Program-made: the position numbers and the translations under genes | The notes under the pieces: generated by a model | Seen by the model: the letters and a program-made list of their open reading frames with translations, nothing else | Told to the model about the DNA's origin: nothing | Databases searched by the model: none | NCBI RefSeq assembly: GCF_026571515.1 | Contig: NW_026866180.1 | Location: 186,001 to 250,000, forward strand | Direction of reading: 5' to 3' | Origin: Ruditapes philippinarum | Lineage: Eukaryota | Length of the DNA stretch: 64,000 nt | Part shown: positions 38,331 through 52,100 of the stretch, in pieces | How positions within the stretch are numbered: the first letter of the stretch is position 1 | Layout of the letters: every line of letters starts with the position of its first letter

Positions 38331-39639
38331 CAAAGCATATAGACTTTACACAACTTATAACCTTACCATTTTGATCTCAACTGAAAAAGTCTAACGTGAT
38401 TACATATAGGAATATAACTACTGACATGATATGATATGATATAAAGTGTTTCTAAAAACTGTAAATTAAATTCAGAAACAAGCCCAAAAGAAAAGAAAAC
38501 ATATACAAATTTTTATTTTTCAAACTATTATATTGACATAAGCTCCTGTATTTGAAAAGATGCATAGGTATAAAGTTCGCGGTTTAACATTGAGTGAACT
38601 CAATTATAACATGTTTCATTTGTAAAAATTTAAGGATTTTTGTCAACAATAACTGTTTAACATTATTGAAACGTCATTTGCGCAGTGATTAACATTTAAA
38701 CAAGATTAGTTCTGTTCAAAGTTTACACAACAAATTTAATGTGTTGACAATGCATTCGTTTAATCTTTTCACAATTCGTGTCTATACAATTACATAACAA
38801 TTAATCGGTTCATGAACAGACCACATTTACATGCTACTTACATCTTGACAATCTTTGTAATGCCATGATTTGAGCTTTAAAATGCATCTGGTTGTTTTAA
38901 AATATAATTATACAAAGCAAATTAGAACTACACTGTATGATATTCGTAATATGGCTGTGAATGATTTTATCCAGGTTTTATTTGGAAGACAACAACAAAT
39001 AACTTGTATGATCTCATAAGTTATTCAATAATGACATGTATACTTGACTAATAAAATCATTATTTAGAGTAAGGTTTTCAATAACTTGTTATCAATATTT
39101 GTACTAAACTTTGGGGTAAATTTCAAAACAGTTTTGTGCTGAAATGGTTTAAGTGATTATATTAATCAAATATCATTTGGTTTATTATTTAGCTTAAGCT
39201 AAATTTAGGTAGTTGTTTTTGCATATTTTCAAAATTTATTTTATTAAATGCTACAAAATGCTTGAAATAACAAAGACGACTGTTTTGTGTTTCATTTCGA
39301 CAACTGTAAAGTCAAACTTATAGAATCAACCGAACAATAGAAGTGTATAATAATCAAAGTTTTCATTTCTTTTTTAAATACTGTATTATATCATATTATT
39401 CATTAAACATATCACCCATTGTTAAGGATTTATATTAAAACAAATGTAAAAATATACAATGATTGAGGAGATCAAAGTTACATCTTTATGTCTTTTTCAA
39501 AAAAAGAGATGTATGGAACTTTGTCTCATATAGAGACTTTTACATTCAATGTGCATTCAGTTATTTGTTTTACATTATGTTCTATTTACAAGTGGTTATA
39601 CCTTAAACACTCAAATCTATAATCTTAAAGTTTTTAAAA

Positions 39640-40535
39640 TATTTTATTTTGTTTCTAATGCTCATTTTCCACACTGTCTTGATACACTGTTGTTTTGTTT
39701 TTGTGTGGGTGCGTTATTTTAAACATCAATCACATTGAATCAAGATATGCATTTATCATTTTTGTGTTACCTGTTTTCTGTATCAAATTTCCGAATATTT
39801 TAATAGAATCAAATTTGTGAACTTTGAACTGATCGGTTATCATTTTAAACGGACAAACCAACGAGATAACAATGGAGGAATTGAACTTGTTGCATATACA
39901 GATTGATGAAGTCTATGTAAATTTATCTTTCACATCCCTATCACCGGCCTACCTGCTTATCATGAATCATTATATATGTTTAATTCCGGATTAGGAACAC
40001 CCGCAGATATATTCACACGGCAGTGACCATTGAAAACTTAACGTGACTCTTCTCAACAATATATATCCATAAAGTTTTTTAAATATTTTATTTTGTATCT
40101 GATACTCATTTTACACACTGTCTATATACCGTTTTTGTTCGTGTGGGTGCTTTATTTTATACATAAATCATATTGAATCAAGATATGCGTTTATCTTTTT
40201 GTGTAACATTTTATTTGATAACAATTATTTTCAATATTTTTGATAGAACCAAATTTGTGAATTGTGAACATATCTGTTATCATGTGAACACACCAACGAG
40301 ATAAAAATGGAGGAATTGAAATTGTTGCTTATACAGTTTGATTGAAGTCTATTCTTATAGTCTAATGTATAGCAATTGGAATTGAAATCTATCTTCCACA
40401 CCCCTTCCACCGTCATACATGCTTACCATGCATACTTATATATGATCATGGTGTTTTATTTAGGATATATTCATACGGCGGCGACCATTGAACATGTAGC
40501 GTGAATCTTTCAAACCAAGCAACATTATATATCCA
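39640..40535 (+). repeat. Local tandem duplication (about 430-450 bp units) of the 3' end / polyA region of copy C
   Basis: About 39640-40070 and about 40080-40535 both contain CACACTGTCT...GTGTGGGTGC...CA(C/T)ATTGAATCAAGATATGC...CCAACGAGATAA...ATGGAGGAATTGAA...GACCATTGAA...CAA(C)A(A/T)TATATATCCATA. Confidence 0.7.
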
Positions 40536-40954
40536 TATTCCATTTGAAGTTTAACCAAATTTCTCTTTTAGTTGCTCAAATTTAGTAGCGTTATATTGAA
40601 ATATTGTCAAGATGCTTTATTGAAATTACTACTAGCGCTAGGATGGTAGCTTGCAGTTACCGCTACCTTCTATGAACAGGTTCAATCAAGCCGAGTCTGC
40701 ATTATATTTTATTTTTGCGGTTTTTGAGCGTTTGTTTAGGGACTTTATATCAATTTTTTTCGGCTGATGACCGTTTAAAGTCAGTTAGACTAACTGTTAA
40801 TTTGTTAAATCATCATATTCAATGGATGAAATTTTATTGACAAGTTGAAAGAATTAAATGTGTTGTCAACCAACATGATATACGTACATCAATTTAGATT
40901 GCGCTGTTTAATACATGTCCTATTTATTGCATTCATTGCTTTATCATATGCGCA

Positions 40955-40991
40955 GTAGTAGTAATATTGATAATAATGATAATAATAATAA

Positions 40992-41022
<31 letters not shown>

Positions 41023-41046
41023 AAGAAGAAGAAGGAGAAGAAGAAG
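40955..41046. repeat. Compound microsatellite (TAG/TAA)n(GAA)n
   Basis: Directly visible trinucleotide runs. Confidence 0.95.
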
Positions 41047-41259
41047 TAAATAATGGTAAAAAAATAAAGATAAAAGACAAATCAATTGAAAATGAGTTAA
41101 AGAACACAATAAAACACATTTTAAACTGCAGATTTACAACCCTAAAGTAACAAGTCATTCATCTTGTTCAGTGTTAAGCGACAATAATATAATCACGTGT
41201 TTCAATTTTTACACTTTTTTCTTATTTTGCTAATTACCCGCATGCAATTGTACAACCCA

Positions 41260-41710
41260 GTAGGCAAGTCGTGACGTATACCTTGGAATCCCGGATTCCG
41301 CGAGTCCGAGCCAAGGTCATGACACCTATTTCACCGTGATATTTATTCCCGATGCCAATTCATAAGTGTTGTGCGTGCGGTGGAGCAAACCAGTTTATTC
41401 ATGATAACAATAACTGGTTTATTAACAATATTTGCGCTGTCTTGAACAATAATGAAATATTTGATCCATAAAACTTAGAACTTCCGCTTTTTAACCACTT
41501 ATCAAATCTTTTTACGCATTTAAAAGACAAATTCGCGTAATCTATGTTTTAAAAAGTGAAATAATGGTTAAGTTTAATAAGATAAAAGCGGAAGTCAAAA
41601 GTTTGAATCTTGATGGAAACAGTTAAATGACGTAGTCTATAATATTCATCTAAATTTGCCGGGACAGTGGCTATATAAAACAATGGATAGTTTAAAATAA
41701 AACAGGTAAA
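41260..41710 (+). promoter_or_regulatory. Conserved upstream block of copy D (candidate promoter/enhancer)
   Basis: Paralogue of 21030-21455: GTGACGTA, GGAATCC-C-GGATTCC (41285-41299), ACTTCCG and GCGGAAGT (ETS-like), CTATATAAAA, CAG|GTAAAT. Confidence 0.45.
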
Positions 41711-43713
41711 TATTTTACTTATATTCTTTCTTAAAATATGTTATTTTGGTTATCTTTACGTATATTATTTAAAGATCCTGTATGTTTTGTGATTGATATT
41801 GTTACTGTATGTATACCATACTTGCAAAAAATTATATATGTATATAATTATGCAAATAAATTTTTTTTCAAACATCCAAGAATATGTAAAATGTGTACTG
41901 CAAATATCTGTGCACAATAAATTTAATCAATAAATTATATGCATTCATTTCTTATTGGAAAATTTGACTTAGAATTTATAGAAAATAAATTTCTAATTAC
42001 CTCCCTTTATTAATTTCTAATTACCTCCCTTTATTTACATGAAATGTTTGATTCGGTAATATCTTTATAAATAATGCTTATTGGAACTTACAATATTGAC
42101 AAATCTTAATTTGAGCAACATATTTATGAAATAAAACCATGAAAAAATGTGTTACAGGATCTTTAACGATAATTTAGTATCTAAGCTTGATCCTGAATTC
42201 AAACCTGCTGGAAGCGTTTGCCCCTTCGGGGATTCTTATTTTCTTTTGGCTCTTGGTCAAGAGCCAGGCTAGCAAGGGTATCCGTGCAGTCTGGCCAGAC
42301 ACTTTACAGTTGGCTGACTTATTTTAAATCTCTTAAATAATAATAGACAGTACCAAACATGGAAGTTTGACAAATCCCGAAGGTTCAGTGAAAGACGGTT
42401 AACTTGTTTGAAAGAAAAGAAAAACATCGTGTTTACACTATTATTTCACTATGGTACATTTGAATTTATTTATAACTGGTTTATAATGTTTTGATACAGG
42501 CCCTTGTTACAATTAATGATTTTAACAATATATACGATATCGTATTTTCTAAACATTCCGACATAGAAAAGGTCATATGTCGACTTTTCAGCTTTAATAA
42601 TTGAGAAACCTCAGATGTTCCTCTGTTCACGGAGGTCCTAATGTATGCATGTCGGTTAATATTTGTGACTTTGTATTTTATAATTATTTCTATAATGTTA
42701 TAATTATTTCTAGCAATTAATTGTATTATTTTAAAATTGATACGTCAAATACCGCATAAATGAGAATGTTGTATCCTCGGTTTGATTTTAATGCGTTTTC
42801 TGGACAGTGCACACATTCTAACGAAATGAAAAAAGATGTACCTTAAATCATAAAAAGCAGAATCTCTTTTTCGATCGCTTGAACACATAGAAAGACTTCA
42901 GGGTGTCTAAATATGTCTAGGACATGGACACACAGACAAGGTCAATTATATTGCCATCAATTGTAAGTACATACACATTGAGAAGTATGCTTGTTATAAA
43001 TTATGTCTTTTATTCATACAGGACAACCTGAGTTTTTTAGCTTCAATGAAAAGAGGAGAAACCGTGTTAACGAATTAGTGGCGGTGGCCAAAAGGTTAAG
43101 ATGACCGCGTTTCAACTCAAGTTTAACCAGGACCAAGAATATTATGTTTTTTCCTTAAAGATATACTATGCTCAAATTTAATTTTTAAAAATATTAATAA
43201 TTGCTACACAGTCTCTTTGTATGTATAAAATAAACATGTTTGGAATTTATTTAAGGTAGAAATGATATGTTTTGAACTCTTCACACTATATGTAGTCACC
43301 ATATGAATATATAGTGTCATTAAAAAAAACCTGGCAGTTTTTTTAAGAAAAGACCAATTTTACTTAACCCGTAATAAGGAATGCAGCTTCCCATACATAG
43401 TTTATTCATTATTTTATTCAAATTAAACATATTCAGTAAGAATTTCATGGATTTCAAAGCATTTCTAAAATAAAAATATTTTACCAAAAAATGAGCATAG
43501 TATATCTTTCAATATTAGTTTTAAGAATTGAACCCAAGAGTGATACAATTGAACTTAAATAGATATCTTGAAGTAAATTGTTCGGTAACAAAGCTGACTA
43601 CCAAATATACAATGTGTTTACACGCTACGACATGCTTATGGGGCTTTATTATACAACATCAATTGTTTTCTGTTTTTAATATCATAGATAATTCCTCGCT
43701 ACTCAATTAACAA

Positions 43714-46700
43714 ATGACGAAACAGGAGTCTCAACAGATGCCCAATATACAATGTGCCGAGGATATTACACTGTTAAGTTTGCTGCAGGTCTGTGCTCTC
43801 GCAAAATGTTGGAATGTGAATATGTCAGGACTTAGGCATAAGAAAGACATAGAGGAAAAACTGATCAAATTATGGTTGAGTCACAGGAAAGAGGAAAAGT
43901 CCGACTCTGTAAGTCAATCATGTTTTCTTAAGAATTTTAATAAAAAACGTGCTGACGCTATATCACTGTTAGATTTCAAAATGCTAAGTGATGTAGCAAA
44001 AAAAAAAGATGAAATGTCGATGGGTCAGGAGTAAAATCTAAGATTGGCTTAGAGGAAATAATAATCTATTTCTGGTTGAGAAATTAGGGAACTCCCGCCA
44101 ATGTACTTTCATCATGTTTTATTGTTTGTTTTTGAATAAGTTAAAGGTGTTTTAATCACTTATTTAGTGCCATCACTTACCTTGGGGCAATTGCCAAAAC
44201 AATAACAACAATAATTAGAACAAAAACGATTATTCAAATTACATGAAGCAGAAGACATAAAAAGGATTCCTCTGATAATTTGAAACGATGGAATTTTTAA
44301 TATTTTTTAGATTTTTTCAACAATTTTATTCTAGACGCAGACCTGGCTATATTTTTATAGTGTCTTCTTTTTGTATTTCAGTGTATTCCTTTGAATGTTA
44401 GCCTTTGCATTAAAGAACATGTTCACTGCCAAGATATTGGTCACATTCCTACATTCCAACAAGACATTTTTCGTACTTGGCGCTGTTGTTTTGCCTCAAG
44501 TAAAAATATGGACATAGATTGTAATCATTGTCTGTAAATGAAAAATTTTCAGAACGTTTCTTATATTTTAAGGTCTTTGCTTGCAGGAATAATTAATAAA
44601 TTTCTGTGTTAAATATTAGGAAAGAATCATTAACTAGAACTATATGCATAGCATATCTAGTGTTAAAAAAACATAAACTTGAAATATGTGGGTGCAATGC
44701 CATTTAACTTGAGATAACTTATGAATGTTTTAAAAATAACTAACATGTCTGTTTTTTGTCTTTGAATCTGCTTTGGGTGATTTAATTTGTTGCTGATCTT
44801 TATTTCCTTGTGTCATATGATAGAATAAAGTTGCAGTTGATGCTAATTCCTAGTATGGTCAGTTAATTTGTTGCTTGCCCAAAATTAAAAAGCATAACAA
44901 CCGCATATAAAAGAAGAACGCAATAAACAGTAATATATTATTCATGTTGTTTTTATACTTTGTTAGCAATATATAAAGAGAGCCTTTGCATAATATGTCT
45001 GCATTAATTGTATGTATTTTATGCATGACTAATCCGCTATATTTATAATGTAAACTTTTATTCATTCATTGTTATTTTGATTTGATTTTAACACGTTATA
45101 AACAAATATTCTGCTCCTTAGAGACAATGTGCATTGCAGCTGCATAGATATACGTTTTAAGACTTGTTTTAAGACGATACAATGATACCAGTTTATTTTG
45201 TTTATTATACATTGTTTGATACTTTGAGTATTGACTGTCTAAGTTAAGAACTTTCTAAATTGATACTTGGTTATTTTTCCAGTGTAAAATCTGCGTAGTT
45301 TGGATGGGGATATATCATTTTTAAATAATTCTAAAACCTATGGTGGTTGCTTTGTGTTATGTCGTATTTTTTCATCTGCGAGGCGCTAGACGAAAACACG
45401 AAATAACGGCACAATGATGACTTTGTCGTACTTTCGCTCCGCTTTTATTGTTGATTATACAATATAGTAATTATAGCTCATACGCAGGATTTTATAGCTT
45501 CTATATAGGATTATAACTATATATCAAGCCTAAGTAGGGATTTATATCGAAGAGTTATAAAATACTACATTGAAGATATTAAAACCTACATGTATTTAAG
45601 TTTTTTAACCAACGAACGAGATCTACATTATGATTGTATGTCCTTATTTTAAAGAAAAAAAGTCCTACGTAGGAGTTATAAACTTCTAATTACGCTTTTC
45701 ATTCTAATACAATGAAGTAACAAAGTAATAATTAGGCTTTTCACCTTCTTTACGTATGAGTTATAAACCCCTTATAAGTTTTATTTGTCTTTTACCTAGG
45801 ATTTGCATAGTCCTTATTAGGCTTCATGTCGTACTACATTTCAGTGTTGTATTTATTTCTAGTCCTTCGGGATCATTGCGTCAATTACTTTTAAGTGTTG
45901 AGAATTGAGTACCGGTCAAGCCGGTGCTAGGAGGCGTAAGAGACGTTGCACTATTTCATTATCCCTCATGCACAGACTCAATCAAACCGAGTCTTCAATT
46001 TTGATGTAATTTTGCTGTTTATAATGCTTGCGATGAATAACCTTTTCCGGATATTGATAAGTCCTACGAACTTCATAAATTCACACCAGGCTGCGTCCTA
46101 ACGAAACTACAACAGGCGCAAAAAATCCATTCTTAGTCTTCTAGTTACAAAATACACGTATATAAAGGTCACAAAACTTAAAGGTAATTATATAACAAGC
46201 ATTTCTCTGCAAATGTTTGTTTATGAAAACTTGAATATTTTGAACATTAACAAACCATTCAACAAAATATCATCACAGAATTACGACATGTGAGAAGTAA
46301 AATTGACTTTTTCTTAGGATTGTGTTTCTAAATTTGCAAACGACAAAGTAAGTATCATTGCTAATACATGTATGTGTATTGAATTTAACTATATATACAT
46401 TCATGATTTACATTGCACATAAATATGTTGAAACATGGTGTTAAATTCAATCAACCAACTAAAAAATATAGAATATAAATAATCTCTACAAACTTAGAGT
46501 TATAAAAATGTTTAATTAAAGTTTTACCTTTTATAGACACGTCAAGTCAATGTTTTAATATTTCTTTTATTTAAGTGGGAACTAACTTATCTTGCTAGTG
46601 CCTTCAAGGAGCATCAAAAGACACAACAATCATTGATCGACATATACCTAAAAGCTGAGAAAGTGTACAATTATCTCGCACACCATATAAAATGGGAGTA

Positions 46701-49700
46701 CAATAGTAAGTCATTGACAAATTTAATGAAAGTTACCAGGAACAATTTATGAAGATTTAAACTCTTTCAATTTCGTTTTAGATGGTATTGATTTGCTTTG
46801 AATTTTGTTATGGCTTTGCATAGATAAATTTAAACTTTGTCACTGAATAAAAAGTATCCACTCGAACATAAAAACGTTTTTCTTATAAACTTATTTTAGA
46901 CGTAAGTACACTTATCAAAGAGAAAAAAGACTCGTTGAAGTCGGGAGAATGTACGATAGTTATAGCTGGAGAGGTTGGTGCTGGTAAAACAAGTCTTCTG
47001 AACTTGATTCTAGAGACACAGATCTTCCCAGTCGATTCACTCAAGTGTACCAACACTATTCTTGAAATACGAAGCAGTGAGAAGAAGGATGCTATTTTCT
47101 ATTACAAACAATAGCTGTCAGACAGCGGCGAAAGAGAACAAAAAGTACCACCGAAGATCATTAGCTTGAGTGAGATACAATCAAACATAAATCTATCAAT
47201 AGATATATAGAAATTGTCAAACACTTAAATCAACCGCTTATATTCCAATCATTATGAAAGTATGACTAAATCGACTATTTTTTAACTTACCAGGTATCAA
47301 ATAATTATGTAAATACCTGTTATTTTTATGAAAAGTGATGTCAAGAAATTTTTTTTATAACCCTGCAGAAATTAGTTATTTTCAAATAAAATATGCATGC
47401 TAGTCGAATGAAAGATGCTTTTTATGAATATTTTTACGTAAAAAAGATAGAATTAAGGACCATGTCAAAGCGAAACAAATTCAGAGCAAGTTCTATGATT
47501 ATACTTAGAGATAGTGAATATTTTAGTTTGATTATTTTAGGGCATTTATTTTACAGAGAGTCTGGATGGAACTCAGGAATTTAAGAACTGTGTTGACCAA
47601 TCGGACGACAACCCTTACGATCGATGTGAGGTGTTTTACCCATTCAAAATACTCGGTGTGGGTAACTAGTACTTGAACTTATTGTCAACTCGCAGATATT
47701 CAAAAAATGTGATGACAGATTGTATTAAACATTAAATATCACTTAATATTTCATAAGAATGTCTTGACATAGTGTCAAAGATTTATTTTTATCACAAATA
47801 CATTTTTTTGATACCTTAAATTTCATCGGAAATTCTGGACATCATTGTCTTAATTTGATTTCAGAAAGGCGTTGTGATTGTAGACACCCCAGGTATAGAC
47901 GGTTGGGGTAATATCGATCAAAGATTACAAACATATTTTTCCAGAGCGTCCGGCTTTATTTACGTCATCAACATGATAACTGCTGCAGCAGATCAACAAA
48001 GCCGGGTTTGTTAACTTTGTAATTTGCCAATGAAATAATTTGTTTAGTTTTGTTTCTTGGTACTTTTCAGAAAGATATGTATTGATAAACTGTTGTTTAC
48101 TGTTTGACAACTAAAAAGACTCTATCCGTTAAACGGGATATTTCTTACAAATAACATTGTAGTTAAGTAACAGCAATAATAACCTATAATGACTAGTTTT
48201 CGTCTGTGAATTTACTTGTACCTTTTACTACAGCTGCTCAGCCATTTGTTGAAAACTGTTGTCAATAGCAGCGAAGATTTCAGTCCTAAAGCGTCTTTAT
48301 TCATCGGCAATAAATGGGAGCATGTACCAGAAAGAGATCGCGTTGTCGTACAAAAAGATATCTTTTACAAGGTGAATCAGGTGTATCCTGGTATACGACA
48401 GATGCAGATACATTATATGTCTGTGAAGAAGGTAGGTGTATTTACTTGAATTAACATAGTTGTTATCGTTGGTGTGAACTTCCATTTCGGTATTTAGTCT
48501 TCTCCATTATATTGAAAGTACGCTTTAACTAGCATTTACTCTTTGTATTCGAATTCAAGAATAATTGTGTCGTTTAGGACGCGGTTATTTTGATTGCCAA
48601 CCTCAAATATACGGATAGGGTTTACATTTGCATACTGGCGTTCTACAACTTGGGGACCATACGCCGCTTTTAATGGAGTGGCACGGAAGTGTCACATTGA
48701 AAGTTCCATTATATACGCTGTATGAACACATCTGCGGATGTTTCTAAATTCAAAATTTGCCATTTTATTTTTAAATGTTGAATTCTGATTAAGTCTGTGC
48801 TAGTGGGCGTGGACGGTAGTTTGCACTCGACAGTACCGTCCACGAACAGGCTCAATCAAACCGAGCCTGCAACGTTTTCAATTATGCCGTTTTGGACTTT
48901 CTTTAGGGATTCTTATTTTCTCTATTTTTGAAATAATCTTTTGTTACTTTTATATTTATTATTATTTAGATAGACATTTAATTCTGAATGTCCATAAATA
49001 CGACTGACATTGACCAATGCATAACTGATAATGTAATGCATAACTCATTTACCGATATTATATGTAAAACCCTTGATGTTTTCACATACCATGTACCTTA
49101 ATTCAATTATTTCGTATATCTCAGACAGAAATGAATAAAGCGGAATTCATAACAAAAAGAGAACCAAACAAACAGAAACTATGCATTTAATATGCATATT
49201 TATTTCAGGCGGCAGAATTTAAAATGAAGTATGAAACAACATTAGAAGAGTACAAGATTCTAATGTTCAAGGTATCCCGGCTTGTATCCAGCAGTCTTAG
49301 ACAAGGAATGGTGTCATATTACTGGTAAAATACAACGTCATTTCAAAATTCAATATAGTATTAAATGTTCTTTATCTATATGTTAAGCACTTCATAAGAG
49401 TGATCATGTAATGTCAAATAATACACTAGCAAAAAATCCGGCTCATGTTTGAAAGATATGCATCGTCATTTCCATCACTTAACGTATTCTTTTATTCTGT
49501 CATAGGTGGCTTACTTTATTGCTGTCACGCTCATTGTATCTGCTGCGCGAGACATGCGGACACCAGGCGATGACACATGAGGAACAATACAGAGACCCCA
49601 AGTGGCTCCGTAAACACTTTGACGATGTACAGGTGATTAATGATAGCGCGTAATTAAAGCTTTGTCATGTGATAAGATTTATTAAACATTTATATTTGAA

Positions 49701-50180
49701 CATAATTATATGAATATCTTAACAAATCGTCAGAATGTTTGTGTAAACGAGTATGATATATCGATTTCTAAGTCTAGGATATTTTTGTTGCGAAATAACA
49801 TACGCTTTACAAAAGAACTGTATAAGTAGATATTTCCGCTTTTTGCATGAGGAAACATTAGCGAATCGTGCAAGGGTAGAACTTAATGACAGGTTTATAG
49901 ATAGTTACACTGCAGAAAATTTTAGCGATTTTAATCAATTAGCCAAATTTGGAGCACTACTTGAAACACCTAAGGTGTGTCAATTAACTAAAACTTTGAA
50001 TGTTTCGTAACAGATTTTAATGTCACAACAACTACAAAGAAGATTTTAGATGCGACTGCACTGTGTATATAAACTCTACTGTCACACAAAGAATTTAGCG
50101 GGAAAATGAGAAAATTCTTTGATCGTTACTTTAAAGACATTGATTAAATTGCGGAATGAATTTCTGGATATCTTTAAATG
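43714..50180 (+). pseudogene. Copy D, 5' (SAP/HeH-like + GTPase + stalk) half: disrupted
   Basis: Exons 43714-43908, 46576-46705, 46900-47169 (premature TAG at 47112-47114), 47557-47657 (9-nt deletion), 47865-48005, about 48234-48431, about 49209-49324 and about 49506-49632. Exons 9-11 are absent. The exon 12 remnant (about 50014-50178) has stops at 50070, 50145 and 50157 and has lost its GT donor. Confidence 0.85.
48651..48928. mobile_element. Multi-hairpin interspersed repeat in intron 6 of copy D
   Basis: Colinear with 35483-35761. Confidence 0.8.
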
Positions 50181-51756
50181 AGAGAGGAAATCATAAACAT
50201 GAGGTTTCATAATATCATTATGATATAAATGATTCAGTACTCAATTTTATAACACGTTTCCTCATGACTGACAGTATCTTACTTCTAATAACTGTCAAAG
50301 AAAAACACACTCATAAATGCACATTTAATGACACAAAAATTCGGACCCTCAAGGATTCCACCATATAGCCGCCGATAAGCCGAAATGTTTTCAACCGACC
50401 ATTTCTTTTCCACTGTCTATTACAAGTTTTATTCTACGGTTAGCGCCCATAGTTGCGGCACCAGATCGAAACAAATGTAAGACATGTCTTACAAATAAAC
50501 TCACTCGAATACCATCTTTCGCTTAAATTCACCGCCCAGTCACGGCAAGAATACCTATATGATACATATATTGTTCTACCTTAGATAGTTAGAACACCGA
50601 TATGTGGTGATTTTTTTAAAGAAACTAATGTGTGACCGTAGTTAATGGTAAATAAACCGCTTCATTTAATTTTAATTTGTCACATAACCTATTCACGAAT
50701 TGGATTAAAGGCACTGTGCTGAACTCCCGTAACAGGTTAACAGGTAATGATGAAAATTTGAAACGCTCACATTCTGAACCTTTTTGAAAGAATATATATA
50801 CTACGGATCATAGATTGTTCTTTACAAGACATTGCGGCGTCTTTGATTGCAGAGAGAAGCTCCTGACTGTTTGCCAAATACCTACACAAGTATTTCATTG
50901 AAGGTTCCGTGATAACCGCCGTATACTCATTTCGGATTATTCAAAATCAATTTTTTTCCATTTCATGTTAAATAATGTGTCTGTATTGAATGTCTGTTAT
51001 TCTACATGTTAACATTTTGCCATTCATGATTTTATGTCATTATTTTGTATTGGCACTCGTACTGAAGGTTTTCATGGCGTGAAATCCTTTTGTTTGATAA
51101 CAATTTTTTTCTGAGAGCGCGTGTCAGTATTTTTGCAGCAACCCCTCAAGCCCAGAACATTTAGCAGCACCCTTCCCTTATGGCTAGAGTGGACTGCGTC
51201 ATATGTAATCTTTCCAGTGTGTCGAACGTATATATGATGCATAAAACTAAAGAAATTCTCTGATATCCCATAATCAATGTAATTTATCTAACTACTGTAC
51301 ATGTCTGTCTCTTTATAAATATCCATTTGTATCTATTTAAAGAGAGATACTATAGTGAGCACACAGCTTAAATATATCGTGGGAGAATATTTTGTAACAT
51401 AGATTTAAAATTGTTTTATAATACTGACACAAATTTTTACTGTGAGTGTACCAAATAACCTTCTTCGCAGCCAGTTTACTCAGACCATAATGTATGTTTC
51501 ATAGTTTGCTCAATGCTGCTAAAAGCGCTGTCCCTGTAATATCAAAATTATCAAATGTTGCAATAACTAATGGTACAAAGTATTGATGCAACTTCTTACT
51601 GAAAGGACTGGCTTTCCAAGAACTGAATTGTTAAATAACAATCTGAAATATTCAAAAACGAATAACAGAAAACCGTTCTTTCGATTAAATGATAAATCAT
51701 TGACAATAAGTCACCCAGTTCACAATTGAATTGATACTGATTATTGTAACATGAAC

Positions 51757-51761
<5 letters not shown>

Positions 51762-51823
<62 letters not shown>

Positions 51824-51832
51824 GGGGGGGGG
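51762..51832. repeat. (TG)n microsatellite followed by poly-G
   Basis: About 30 TG units. The paralogous site in copy C (about 33575) has only TTGGGGG. Confidence 0.95.
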
Positions 51833-52100
51833 AGAAATAAGTGTCTTGGAACCGCGCTGATAGGTAAAAACAGTTATATAGATCTGATACAAATTTTGTT
51901 CTGTTAAATAATTAAATGACGAACATGTATCTAATTTTTGCATTTCATAAACAAAGTAAACACTTCCTTAAAAACGTAATGAATGAAAATAAATTATTTA
52001 CTTTCTAAAATCATATAATATTTGCAAATATTAGAAATCGTATAATATTTGAGGTTACAGGCTTAAAAGAAATGTTTTCCTGGAGTTAGAAGATGATCGT

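Noticed and set aside
40889-51943. Poly-Ser/Tyr ORF (40889-41158) and poly-His-Thr ORF (51596-51943)
   Set aside because: They are translations of microsatellites.
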